A model generated the notes under the pieces. The model worked only from the letters and a program-made list of their open reading frames with translations, made no database searches and was not told the DNA's origin. Position numbers and translations under genes: made by a program. From Octopus vulgaris (Eukaryota): a stretch of 64,000 nucleotides of DNA. The stretch is taken from positions 21,886,001-21,950,000 of the forward strand of contig OX597820.1 in NCBI GenBank assembly GCA_951406725.2. The letters run 5' to 3'. This document shows positions 1 through 11,975 of the stretch, in pieces (the first letter of the stretch is position 1; each line of letters begins with the position of its first letter).

Positions 1-377
1 GTACAGGCATTCCCACTGCGACATTCCAGCAGAGTTTGCAGTGTACCCAGAGTTACTTTATCCAATATTTCCTTCTTTTCTAAAATACTAAGCTTTTCTT
101 TGAGAAAGATTTGTCTGCTATCTCATCTGTTTCAGCATACTGGATATTTTCATTTTTGCAATCTCTTTAGCTAAAGGGTGGAAAAAAACAAAGAACTTCC
201 CGGATTATTTTATTCTCATCCTTTAGAAATTTATTTTGAACTTGTCAAGAATAGTTACTCATCTGATACTAGGATTATTTTTCTTCAAAAGTCCCTCCCA
301 CCTACGCCTTGCGATATATTGAACCAGTATAACTTATAAGCTTTTTTATGAAACCTAAAATAATAATTAACTTCCAG

Positions 378-620
378 AAATCCCTTGCTTGGCATTGCTA
401 CCGAGGGGCACTGCCTGTTCGGGATAAAGTTTACAGGCACGGAAGTGCTGTCAGCCGGGCCTGCCCGAGGTGCGCCCAGAACGATGAAACCGTCCTGCGC
501 GCCCTAGTCCAGTGCCCGAGTATTGCTGACTTGTGGGTTCATGTTGAACACCTGCTGTCGCGTGTAGGATGGATCCGGCTATCAGCTGAATCCATTGTGA
601 AGATTACCCCGTATTCCAGG
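378..620 (+). mobile_element. L1/Tx1-like LINE fragment (RT-associated zinc-binding region)
   Basis: SLAWHCYRGALPVRDKV..CPRCAQNDETVLRALVQCPSIADLW resembles the C-terminal zf-RVT/CCHC region of L1/Tx1 ORF2; GC-rich island, no RT upstream. Confidence 0.7.
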
Positions 621-626
621 CAGTGA

Positions 627-660
<34 letters not shown>

Positions 661-662
<2 letters not shown>

Positions 663-1010
663 CAGCAGATGACAACGTGTCTCGAAAAGAAATGGAGAAA
701 CTTTCAAAATACAAAGACCTGGAAATAGAGGTAACCAGAATGTGGAATCTAAAAACAGAAACAATTCCTATCATAGTAGGTGCATTAGGCATGATAAAAA
801 AATATTCAGACAAATACATAACAAAAACACCAGGACTTACAAACACATATCACATACAGAAAATTGCACTACTAGGCACCTCACACATCCTACGCAGAAC
901 ACTTTCAATACAGTAACCATCAGAGCATCACAACAAATCACAGCACATACCCAAGGCACACAGAGCTGCGCTCGGTAGTGAAGTGAAAGCACGCTATAAA
1001 AATAAAACTA

Positions 1011-1013
<3 letters not shown>
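661..1013 (+). mobile_element. 5'-truncated R4/Dong-like RLE LINE 3' end with 3' UTR
   Basis: EKLSKYKDLEIEVTRMWNLKTETIPIIVGALG..QKIALLGTSHILRR is a typical restriction-like endonuclease C-terminus; flanked on both sides by (AAT)n (631-660, 1015-1095). Confidence 0.85.
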
Positions 1014-1098
<85 letters not shown>

Positions 1099-1144
1099 TC
1101 GAAGAATACCTTAGGAATGAGAATCCAGGTTCGAAAATTCCCCA

Positions 1145-1192
1145 TGACACCTGATGAAGGCTGGTGGGTATATCAGCCGAAACGTTGTGTCA
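1145..1192 (+). ncRNA. Minimal type-I hammerhead ribozyme in a short repeat (approx. 1096-1240)
   Basis: tgacac-CTGATGA-a-ggctg(loop)cagcc-GAAA-cgtt-gtgtca: intact core boxes, 6-bp stem I, 5-bp or longer stem II, palindromic vestigial stem III. Confidence 0.8.
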
Positions 1193-1554
1193 ACAACAAA
1201 CAAGATGAGGACAAATATCTGTCGAATATAAATAATGTAATTTATTATTTATTGATTTCCTATGTATTTTACTTATTATTATATGTAGGCAGTATACCTG
1301 AAACAACCCCAGGTAGGAGTAGGAATGGTCTAGACAGTAAAAGGATGTTATTGTTCATATAGTTATTATATATTTAACCCAAGCCTTCTGCCCGTATATA
1401 GGAATGTACCACTAAATATTATAACTATCCCAATTCTAATTCTAGTCGGTGGAAAGTTTCCCAGTGGGACAGTATGTAGTATGAATTGATATATCACCGT
1501 TTTCTCCCTTTCTCTTTCTTTTCCTTAGTCTTTTTACTTTTATTCTTCTTTATT

Positions 1555-1665
1555 TTTCCACTCTGATGAAGTTCTGCTATTCAAATTGGCAAAACTAATT
1601 ACTTACAACAATAACTATTATTTAGCCTGGGAAGCGCGCGAACAGAAACAGCTGTAAGCTGAGAT
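1555..1665 (+). ncRNA. Degenerate hammerhead motif in a pLTR-like remnant
   Basis: CTGATGA (1563-1569), gttc/gaac closing a long stem II loop, GAAACAGCTGTA (1645-1656) with palindromic ACAGCTGT; stem I poorly paired. Confidence 0.5.
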
Positions 1666-1857
1666 CTGTCTTTTTGTAATTAATCAATAAATGATGATTG
1701 ATGTTAATCAATTTGTCATTCATTAATTTTTATCTCCATTTTCTGATATGTTATCATATCATATATTATATTATATTATTTTATTTTATTTCATACACAG
1801 AAATGTTTTGTATAATAAATAAATACTAAAATAATAATAATTATATATATATATATA

Positions 1858-2078
1858 TAAAATACAAAATGGGACAAGAACGCAAAACATCCAGACAGTT
1901 AGGTGATACAAAAGGGGGACAACAAAACAACCAGATAGACGATACAAAGAAATCAAGGACGGGTCACTCGGAGTTTTCTTTCCTCAGTCGAGTTCCAGAT
2001 TATCTTCGCAATTTCGGCAGGTTATACTCGAAATTGCTCCAATCTGGCCAGCCCCAAGGAAACACTAAGCTAAGAGCA
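1858..2078. repeat. Interspersed repeat embedded in (TA)n
   Basis: 1858-1966 matches the reverse complement of 55062-55170; both are flanked by TA microsatellite. Confidence 0.75.
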
Positions 2079-2169
2079 TTATATATATATACATATATAT
2101 ATATCTGTGTGTGTATGTATATACATATATATATATGTATGTATATATATATGTATATATATGTATATA

Positions 2170-2236
<67 letters not shown>

Positions 2237-2278
2237 GTATATGTATATATATATGTATATGTATATATATATGTATAT

Positions 2279-2309
<31 letters not shown>

Positions 2310-2381
2310 TATATATATGTATATATATATATATGTATGTATATATATATGTATGTCTGTATATATATATATGTATGTATG

Positions 2382-2412
<31 letters not shown>

Positions 2413-2462
2413 ATATATATGTATGTATGTATGTATATATATATATATGTATATATATATTA
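2079..2462. repeat. (TA)n/(TATG)n compound microsatellite
   Basis: Direct inspection. Confidence 0.98.
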
Positions 2463-2630
2463 TATAATTATACAAGGGAACAGGAAAAAACCCTGCTCCA
2501 GCATGTAACAATACGCCAAAAAACGTTATAGACCACCCTTAGCTCCTACAAAAATATAGGAGGAGCTAAAGGTGGCTTATATCAACATGTTGAAGCAGGG
2601 TTTTTTCCTGTTCCCTTATATAATTATATA
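2461..2630. mobile_element. 170-bp foldback/MITE-like element
   Basis: Outer arms 2461-2506 and 2585-2630 (aagggaacaggaaaaaaccctgct), inner arms 2533-2547 and 2561-2575. Confidence 0.75.
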
Positions 2631-3859
2631 ATTATGTATATATATGATTATTATTTTAGTATAATTTAACCACAAGGTTTTATAGCATGTTGGCCACTTG
2701 ATATTATCCTTTACATGATTTTATCCTTGTTTATATAAATATTATAATAAAAATTTAAGAATATAGCGAGATATAATGTCATATAATATTTATATACATA
2801 CATAAGTAAATATATGTGGGTATGTGCGTGTGTATGTATATCAAAAATGTAAAATTCTAAACATTCCACTTGATATCCATGTGTGAATATGTGCGTGTGT
2901 GTATGTGTGCGTGTATGTGTGTGTGTGTTTGTGTGTGCATATATGTGTGTGTGTGTGCATATGTATGCACATATACAAGCACACACACATACACCACTTA
3001 CACAAACATATAGAGACAAATATATACAGACAGAAGATATACAACTATTATTAATGGGCGTAAAGTTTCATTCATACTTTTCGATGATTGATTTAAGTTG
3101 GATTAAGCAGAGGTTTTTCATTTATTTATTTATCTATTATTTATGTCTAAAAGTCGACTGATGCTAAATATATTATCAAAACAATTTAGCAAACTTTTAC
3201 AGCTAGTATACCTTCTAGAAAATATTTTTCACGCGAAATCTTCAAAGACCTTCAAATATTCACATAGACCTGAACTATTCTGTACATTAGCAGTAAGTTT
3301 TTTTAATGGCAAACATATGTTGTGCTTTCACCACATTCAGATATTCATGGAGTTGAAGCTCACTTTGATAACTAGGGAGTGTCGAAAGTTCGTTTAGAAA
3401 AAATGTATATAAATACACACCTTGAAGATGTATAGGTATACAGACACATACAAACACTTACTTACAAACATATAAGCACACACACACACACATAAGTATG
3501 TATGCGTACTTACAACACAGTTATACATATATACATACACAAACATATCTATATATGCATGCATACATATAACACGCATTATATATATACATATATACAC
3601 ATATATTTGAAGTGAGATAGATCGATAAATAGATAGATAGACGTTGATCAGGTTTCGTCGTGATTTGGTCGCAAAAGTACATCCAGTACTCGAAAGTACA
3701 ATATGCGCGTACTTTTTGCCCACACACATTTACATATACACATATTTAACGGTATAAGTATCTTTTACTTGTTTCAGTCATTAGACTTACGTATATGTAT
3801 ATCTGTACATATGTATGAGAGTATTGTAGTTCGCTTGAAGCATTGTGTATTGTTTGTAA

Positions 3860-4080
3860 AGAATAAAAAGTTTTGAATGGTACAACAATGCACTATCCAT
3901 AGTCCTATATTATTTCGGAATACAATTCCTTTTTCAGATATCAGCGACTCCATCCTAGAATATCTGAAGAAGGAATTGTATTTCGAAATATCGGACTATG
4001 GATAACTAAATTACAACAGGTATATAGTTCATTTTTTTGTATTATAGTGCATTGTTGTACCATTCAAAACTTTCTATTCT
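3860..4080. mobile_element. Foldback element, probably inverted Penelope-type pLTRs
   Basis: Outer inverted repeat 3860-3895/4045-4080; inner inverted repeat approx. 3894-3951/3960-4004 carrying CTGAAGA..GAAA. Confidence 0.7.
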
Positions 4081-4195
4081 GTACATATGTATTTATGTGC
4101 ATATGTATGCATATATATATGTGTATGTGAGTGTGTGTGTATATATATATATATATTTTCTCTCCTTGTTTCTCTCCGTTTTTCTTTTCTGTGTA

Positions 4196-4233
4196 TCTTT
4201 CTGTTGAAGAGCGTAGGCTCGAAACGTTAAAGA
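4196..4233 (+). ncRNA. Minimal hammerhead-like motif (CUGUUGA variant) in a short repeat (approx. 4156-4332)
   Basis: tcttt-CTGTTGA-a-gagc(gtag)gctc-GAAA-cgtt-aaaga; repeat flanked by (TA)n; related decayed copy at approx. 55270-55445. Confidence 0.7.
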
Positions 4234-4931
4234 CTTGTTTTATTTATATTCCTGAGTGCCATACTAATACAATTGTTTGTTTGTATTCCACCTGCCTTCG
4301 TCTTTTGTTTCTTTTCATAAAGCTTCCCGTTATATATATATATATATTTTACTGATAGTGATATTGCTGCTGCTGCTGATGATGATGATGAATATTAGTG
4401 GTTGAAAATAAACATATAAAATAAACGTAGGCAAAAGAATGAAAAATCTAATAATATATATATATACATATGTATATATATATATATAACTATCCCAATT
4501 CTATTTCTAAATTCTAGTCGGTCGATTACATATGCATGTGTGTTTACATATATACATGTATCTGTGTGTACCATGGGAGATTCGATAAGGATAAGCGAAG
4601 TGTCATAAAACTGTCAACAGCGAAATATGAACTCAGCGCTGATTGTAAAAAATCCCACGACTGCAACTACAATAAATAGCTATTGCCCTACTAGGGACAC
4701 ATCGCGGGCGTATGACACATCCTATCACCTCTTGCGTATCCATATACCTTAAGATGCCTATCGGACGGTCTGTACTTTTAATTAGAACGGTAAAGCAATT
4801 ACTCTTGGTATGTACGGGAAAGGTTCTCGTCTTGCGGAGTCTTCAGCTGCTTACGCATGAATTCAGGTGTAGCGGATTCAGCAGTTGATTGGATGAACAG
4901 TTGAATTCTCCTTATCGAAACTAAGATCCAC

Positions 4932-5360
<429 letters not shown>

Positions 5361-5364
5361 TAAA

Positions 5365-5581
5365 GGCGGCGAGCTGGCAGAAACGTTAGCACCCTGGGCG
5401 AAATGCGTAGCCGTATTTCGTCTGGGTTCAAATTCCGCCGAGGTCGACTTTGCCTTTCATCCTTTCGGGGTCGACAAATTAAGTACCAGTTACGCACTGG
5501 GGTCGATGTAATCGACTTAATCCGTTTGTCTGTCCTTGTTTGTCCCCTCTGTACTTAGCCCCTTGTCGGTAGTAAAGAAAT
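5365..5581 (+). mobile_element. SINE family A (tRNA-like head, Meta-like central domain)
   Basis: ggcggcgagctggcag..gttcaaattcc (A/B-box-like), gcctttcatcctttcggggtcga core, tail ..gtaaagaaa; many copies in the window. Confidence 0.9.
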
Positions 5582-6629
5582 ATATATATATATATAAACA
5601 TACGTGTGTATGTATGTATGTATGTATGTATGTATGTCATTGTTCAGTTTTATTTCAAGATTTCTTGTCAATAGAGAAAGAATTGGTTTCTAACCTAGAT
5701 CCAAGGTTCCTTCATTGGAATTTCAACATCAACAACAGGATATTTTTATTTGTATGTGTATGATGACAATTCTGTGCGTGCGTGTGTTTGTGTGTGCACA
5801 TGTGTGTGTTTGCGTGTTTGTGTACGTATATGTGTGTATGTGTATGTACATGTCACCTACTCGATTTCAAGCATAACCAGTGTCCCATTGATATCTTACG
5901 CCTGTATCAGATTTGATAACATTACTACTTTGTTTTTGTTTTTCTTTTAGTACAAAAACGGTACTCACAAGGAGCGTATACACTTCCAACTCACTAACTC
6001 AAACAAAACACTAACGACTGCGAGCTAACGATTCTGTCAGCTTGACGTCTTCGTGATTTTAAATATTAAAACCATAGAATAATGGACGACTTCTCGAATG
6101 AAATGGGCGAATAGATGTTTGAATCCAACACTAAACTGAAATAGAAATAGCGTAATGTGATGAATCAGTGATGAAAACGGAGTAAAAAAAAAATCGAGAT
6201 GATGTATAGAGGAATATAATAAACTCCTCCCTTATAGTACGTTAGATATACATGCAGAATCTTTATGCTTGGTGATGGTTTTGTTTAATTTTTTTTTTTT
6301 TTTGAAACAGTTCTCATTTGTAAAATATTTTGTAAAAAGATTTCTTTCGGGTCACATTTTTGTAATAAATCATCAACCAGTACATTTATAACACGCGATT
6401 CTTTCAATTTTCCAAATTAAGAATTTTTTTTCTTTTCGTTCTTCTTATCACAATAAAAAAGAAAAAAAAAACTTTTAAAAGTTTCAAAAGATCTGCGTAG
6501 ACTCAGCTTTGATATTTGGCTTAAAATGGCTTTATCATGAGAGCAGCTATTTTAACAAGATTCCTTGTTTATCTATGCAGTAGAAATAACGATTATGCTA
6601 AAGCTTCACACAATTTAGATGAAAAGACA

Positions 6630-7542
6630 ATCAATTAATTCGACGCTAATATACATCGGCCTCATTATTCAACTGGTACTTATTTCATCGACTCCGAAAG
6701 GATGCAACGCAAAGTCAACCTCGGGAGAATTTGAACTCAACGTAAAGCGGGTTGAAATGCCGCTAAGCATTACATCCGACGCACTGGCGATTCTTTTCTA
6801 CTCTAGGCACAAGGCCCGAAATTTTGGAGGAAGGGGTCAGTCGATTAGATCGACCCCAGTACGCAACTGGTACTTAATTTATCGACTCCGAAAGGATGAA
6901 AGGCAAAGTTGACCTCGGCGGAATTTGAACTCAGAACGTAACGGCAGACGAAATTCCTATTTCTTTACTACCCACAAGGGGCTAAACACAGAGAGGACAA
7001 ACAAGGACCGACAAACGGATTAAGTCGATTATATTGACCCCAGTGCGTAGCTGGTACTTATTTAATCGACCCCGAAATGATGAAAGGTAAAGTTGACCTC
7101 GGCGGAATTTAAACTCAGAACGTAACTGCAGACGAAATACCGCTAAGCATTTCGCCCGGCGTGCTAACAATTCTGCCAGCTCACCGCTCAAAAATATGCT
7201 TTACTTTTTCTTTTTCGTTTTTCTGTGATAGGCTCAAGACTTGAAATTTTAAGGGAGAAGACCATTCCTGTTGATTACATCGTCCTAATGTTCGACTGAT
7301 ACTTGTTTTATCGACCCCGAATTGATGAAATGCAAAGTCGACCTCGGCAGCATTTGAAAAACTCCTTACTGATACAGGCAAAGGGCTTGAAATTTATGGG
7401 AATGGGTTACTCGATTGCATAGATCCGAAAGGATGAAAGGCAAAGACGACCTTGGTGAAATTTGAACTCAGAGCATAAAGACGGACAAAATGCTGCTAAG
7501 CATTTTATCCGGCGCGGTAACGATTCTGCCACCTCGCTGCCT
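6630..7542 (-). mobile_element. Cluster of about five co-oriented SINE-A copies of differing age
   Basis: Full copy 6958-7187 joined to a headless copy 6795-6955; decayed copies on either side. Confidence 0.85.
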
Positions 7543-7564
7543 TAACAATAATATTATTTCTAAA

Positions 7565-8035
7565 GGCAACAGCATCAGGAAGAGGAGCAGCAACAACAAC
7601 AACAACAACAGTAGTAGTAGTAGTATGAGGAGGAGGAGGAGGAGGAGGAGGAGGAGGAGGTGGAGGAGGAGTAGCAACGGCAGTGATCGTAGTGATCGTG
7701 GTGGTAGTGGTGGTGGTGGTGGTGGTGGTGGTGATGTGGTAGTAGTTGTAGTAGTAGTAGCAGCAACGGCAGTGATGGTGGTGATGATAGTAGTAGTAGT
7801 AGGAGGAGGAGGAGGAGGAATAGTAGTATTAGTAGTACTAGGAGGAGGAGGAGGGGAGGAGGAGGAGGGGAGGAGGAGGAGGAGAGGTTGCAACGGCAGT
7901 GATTGTAGTGATCGTGGTGGTGGTGGTGGTGGTGGGGGTGATGGTGGTAATAGTAGTAGTAGTAGTAGTCGCAGTAACGGCAGTGATCGTGGTGATGGTG
8001 TTTGTAGTGATGATAGTAGTAGTAGTAGTAGTAGT
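7565..8035. repeat. Compound trinucleotide repeat (AGG/GGT/AGT) with recurring gcaacggcagtgat unit
   Basis: Motif recurs near 7674, 7764, 7890 and 7975. Confidence 0.9.
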
Positions 8036-8744
8036 TGAAAATTTTCCTAACTCTTTCAAGTACTGTTCTGTATTAAATTAATCAAGGTAAAGAATTTTCA
8101 TAGGCAAAAACGGTCTGGAAAGTTTCATACTTCGAAACGAGACGTAACGAAGTACGCCCACTGAAGTAAAAGAAAGAAGAAAAACAAAAACCTACCACCT
8201 ACCTGTACCCCTACCCCGACCCCCATCCTACCCATCTCGTCTAATGCATATAAAAGTAGCATTGTTGTAATTATATATATTTCTGTGAAAAAAAACGCTC
8301 TATCTTGGTCATAATCACTTTTATAGCAAATTTAGTTTAATCTCAACTTTTAGACACTCGTAGATGATTTATTATGCTTAGCTTCTAACAATGATCGCTT
8401 TCCTCGTAATTGCTTTTTTCTTTCTTTTTTCTACGTGTGAAATTTCTGAAAGAGAAAACAAAGGGTTATAATGGAATACTAATGTGTTTATAATCTGAAT
8501 AAATTTTAAAGGTCGGTGATGTCAGAGTGACATTTGTTCGTTTAGTAATTTCTTGACAAAACTGCAGTTAGTTTTATAAACATTTCAGGGAGTACAGGTG
8601 ATAAATATTTCAACTTCATGAAATTCTGTTTCACCGAGAATAAGTTTAAAATATAGAGCAGGAAGAAACACCGACATGTCGGCGGCATCCGATTGCTCGA
8701 ATCGCAAAAAAAAAAGAAAGAAATAGAAATAATTAATTAAAGGC

Positions 8745-9281
8745 ACAGGCAAAAGCTGCGTGGTAAGAAGTTTGCTTACCAAGCACATGGTTCCGGGTTC
8801 AGTCCTACTGCATGGCGCCTTGGGCAAGTGTCTTCTACGACAGCCTCGGGCCGATCAAAGCCTTGTGAGTGGATTTGGTTTCCGGAAACTAAAAGAAGCC
8901 CGTCGTGTACATATATATTATTATGTGCGTGTGTGGTGGGGGGGGGTTCATGGCCTAGTGGTTAGAGCAGCAGACTCGCAGTCGTGGGATAGCGGGTTCG
9001 AATCTCAGACCGGGTGATGTGTGTGTTTATGAGCGAAACGCCTAACCTCCGGCAGAAGGTAATGGCGTACTTCTGCTGACTCTTTAGCCACAACTTTCTC
9101 TCACTCTTTCCTCCTGCATCTTGCAGCTCACCTGCGATGGACCGGCGTCCCGTCCAGGTGGGGGAACCTATATGCCGATGAAACCGGGAAACCGGCCCTA
9201 ATGAGCCAGGTATGGCTCGAGAAGGAACAAACATATATATATATGTGTGTGTGTGTGTAAAAATATATATGTATATATACT

Positions 9282-9328
<47 letters not shown>

Positions 9329-9367
9329 GTATATATATATATATGCATACATATATATGTATGTATG

Positions 9368-9400
<33 letters not shown>

Positions 9401-9660
9401 GCATATATATGTATGTATGTAGGTGTGTATTTATGTATATGCATCTTTATGCCTGTGTTTGTCCCCCAGCTCCTCTTGACAATCGGTATTGGTGTGTTGG
9501 TGTGGTTACGTTCCTGTGACTTAGCGGTTCGGCAAAAGAGACAGATAGAGTAAGTACCAGGTCTCAAAATAAAAGGACTGCGGTCGATTTGTTGGACTAA
9601 AATTCTTCAAGGTGATGCCCCAGCACGGCAGCAGTCAAATGACTGAAACAAGTAAAAGAT
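8745..9660 (+). mobile_element. SINE family B, interrupted by SINE-C and an expanded microsatellite
   Basis: Head gctgcgtggtaag..ggttcagtcc, body gaagcccgtcg, tail gactgaaacaagtaaaag. Confidence 0.88.
8945..9230 (+). mobile_element. SINE family C with tail type 1, nested in SINE-B
   Basis: tggcctagtggttagagc..ggttcgaatc tRNA boxes; cctgcgatggaccggcgtcccgtccagg tail shared with 21302. Confidence 0.85.
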
Positions 9661-10344
9661 ATAAGCTTATTCTTAGCAATATTTATGTCCAAAAACGAAG
9701 GTAGCGTTTGGCGAGGAACGTATGGTAAAAAATGTGAGTATTGCTTCGAGTCCTGGGACTCATGGGGTCGACCCGTCCCCTTCAAATTGTTTGCATTGCA
9801 CTTAAATAAGAATCTAAAATTAACAGCGTCCTTGTATTGTTGACGCCGATGTTGCTGATGTTACAGTTGGCAGTGTTCCTTTTGAGACAGATTTTTATTG
9901 CAACGGTGCCAAGTGTGAAGATATTTTAGCCTTCACCACACAGTCTATCAATCTTCTCTGTTGTAACAAGGTGCAATGAAAACTGGGAAATGGTTTACTG
10001 AACATTTTTCCGTTTCAAATGTCAACCCTGACATTTATCAAACAGAAATTTTGCAAGCAACTACAATTCCATATATTAATAACATGCTAAATACGTACCG
10101 AATTAGGTTTTTTTCATGTACACACATATATTATATACATACATACACACACACACACACACATGTATGTATGTACGTATTAACGAATTGGTTATGTTCA
10201 TTCATATAGCGATGTAGCTTTAGATCTTACCTAGATCGTAAATATTACACAAAGCAAAGTATCCAGGATTCACAAAGTGTCATGAGTTTGCATATTTCGA
10301 TCGATAATATTTGCTTCGTTCGTAATTGATTAACTGTAAGCTAT

Positions 10345-10560
10345 CATTCTGGCAGCTAGCTGGCAGAGATGTTAACGCGCCGGGCGAAAAATGCTTAGCA
10401 CATTTCGTATATATTTACGCTCTGAGTTCAAATTCCGTCGAGGTCGACTTTGTCTCTAATCCTTTCGAGGTTGATGAAATAAGTTCTGAGATCACTGCAA
10501 TCAACTTATCCTCCCCAACTCCCGCGAACTTGCTATCCTTTTCCCACAATTTGAAACCAA
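10345..10560 (+). mobile_element. Decayed SINE-A
   Basis: ctgagttcaaattccgtcgaggtcgactttg; short tail ..tttgaaacc. Confidence 0.75.
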
Positions 10561-10689
10561 TTGTAATTTATCATTTGTTATATAATTAATAAATCTACAA
10601 ATCTTAGCCTTGATGTATTTATTCTTTATGCAAGCAAAACAAAACGCTTCATCTGCCTTTTATTTTGGGGGGTTCTTTCATTCACAGGA

Positions 10690-10900
10690 CGGCGACCATG
10701 TTGGGGGCATTATCTGGAAAGGTTTAAGAGCTTAGTAGAACAAATTGACACTAGTACTTCTTTGAAACGTCCGGCACTTATTTTATCGAGCTCATTTCTC
10801 CGAAGCGTTAAGTTACGGAGACGCAAACTGACACTAGCTGTCAAGCTGTGGAGCGACAGGCACAAACATACACACACATATAAATATATATACATTATAT
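10690..10900 (-). mobile_element. Decayed SINE-B 3' part
   Basis: ccatgttgg..taagttacggagacgcaaac..gtcaagc. Confidence 0.6.
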
Positions 10901-10919
10901 ATATATATATATACATACT

Positions 10920-11117
10920 GTTTTATCTCTCATCCTTTTCTCTAATTCCCTTTTTCTCCCCTTCACCGTTCTCTATCTGCCTCTCTCTCCCCCTCTTTCT
11001 CCTTTTCTCTCACTCTCTCTCTCTCTCGTTGCTCACACGTGACCATCGTCCATCTTTCTTTTCCTCATGTGATCATATTTGTATTCTTTCAGGACTGTCC
11101 TAAGTACTGGACGTATC

Positions 11118-11162
<45 letters not shown>

Positions 11163-11535
11163 ATTTTTTCTCTCGTCAACGAAAATATTTCTCCATATTT
11201 AACCTTCGTTCTGGTTGAACGACCCTCCATGGTTGATTTCGTTCGGTTTCCTTGTATGTCTCTACTGTCCTGTTTTTTGTTCCCAACTTTGACCCTCCTT
11301 AAATCACAAATGTTATTTTGGCACTTAAGGGAGCAACTGTCTTCGAAGACTCATATTGTCGTTCAGTGCTCGAAATGAGGAGTAGATAGACGGCCGACAA
11401 CTGATGAAGGGTCGTTCTTTGTGTTACTTGTCTTGTTTTCCATTTGTTTCTCTCGTTGTTTGTGTATTGAACTCCTTTGTTTTCGTATTTCACGTTGTTT
11501 ACTGTTGGTGAAGTCCTGTACCCATATATGCATAT
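10920..11535. mobile_element. Penelope-type pLTR-like repeat
   Basis: Homologous to 13610-14180; contains gacaactgatgaaggg and ends cctgtacccatatatgcat, as does the repeat attached to the Penelope ORF at 19421-19570. Confidence 0.65.
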
Positions 11536-11536
11536 G

Positions 11537-11640
<104 letters not shown>

Positions 11641-11647
11641 CTATTGT

Positions 11648-11975
11648 GAAGGCGCATGGCTCAGTGGTTAGAGCGTCGAGCTTACGATCGTGAGGTTGTG
11701 AGCTCGAATCCCGGACCGGGCTGCGTGTTGTGTTCTTGAGCAAGGCACTTTATTTCACGTTGCTCCAGTTCACTCAGCTGTAGAAATGAGTTGCGACGTC
11801 ACTGGTGCCAAGCTATATCGACCTTTGTCTTTCCCTTTGATAACACTGGTGGCGTGGAGAGGGGAGGCCGGTATGCATGGGCGACTGCTGGTCTTCTATA
11901 AAAACAACCTAGGAGGGTAACTTTCTAGGTGCAATCCCATGGTCACTCATGACCGAAGGGGGTCTTTACCCCTTT
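11648..11975 (+). mobile_element. SINE family D (CORE-like)
   Basis: tggctcagtggttagagc..ctcgaatccc; ttgtgttcttgagcaaggcacttta..ctcagctgtagaaatg CORE-like block. Confidence 0.82.

Noticed and set aside
1869-2531. 220-aa ORF and the many other YI/CV/HT/LSIY-rich ORFs
   Set aside because: They are translations of (TA)n, (TG)n, (TATG)n and (GATA)n microsatellites, which lack stops in some frames
4581-4920. Unique segment bounded by ttcgataagga / tccttatcgaa
   Set aside because: Only an 11-bp inverted match with no TSD or second copy; cannot call it a MITE or an exon
11650-11722. tRNA-like sequence (also at other SINE heads)
   Set aside because: A/B boxes continue into SINE bodies and the cloverleaf is imperfect, so these are SINE heads rather than tRNA genes
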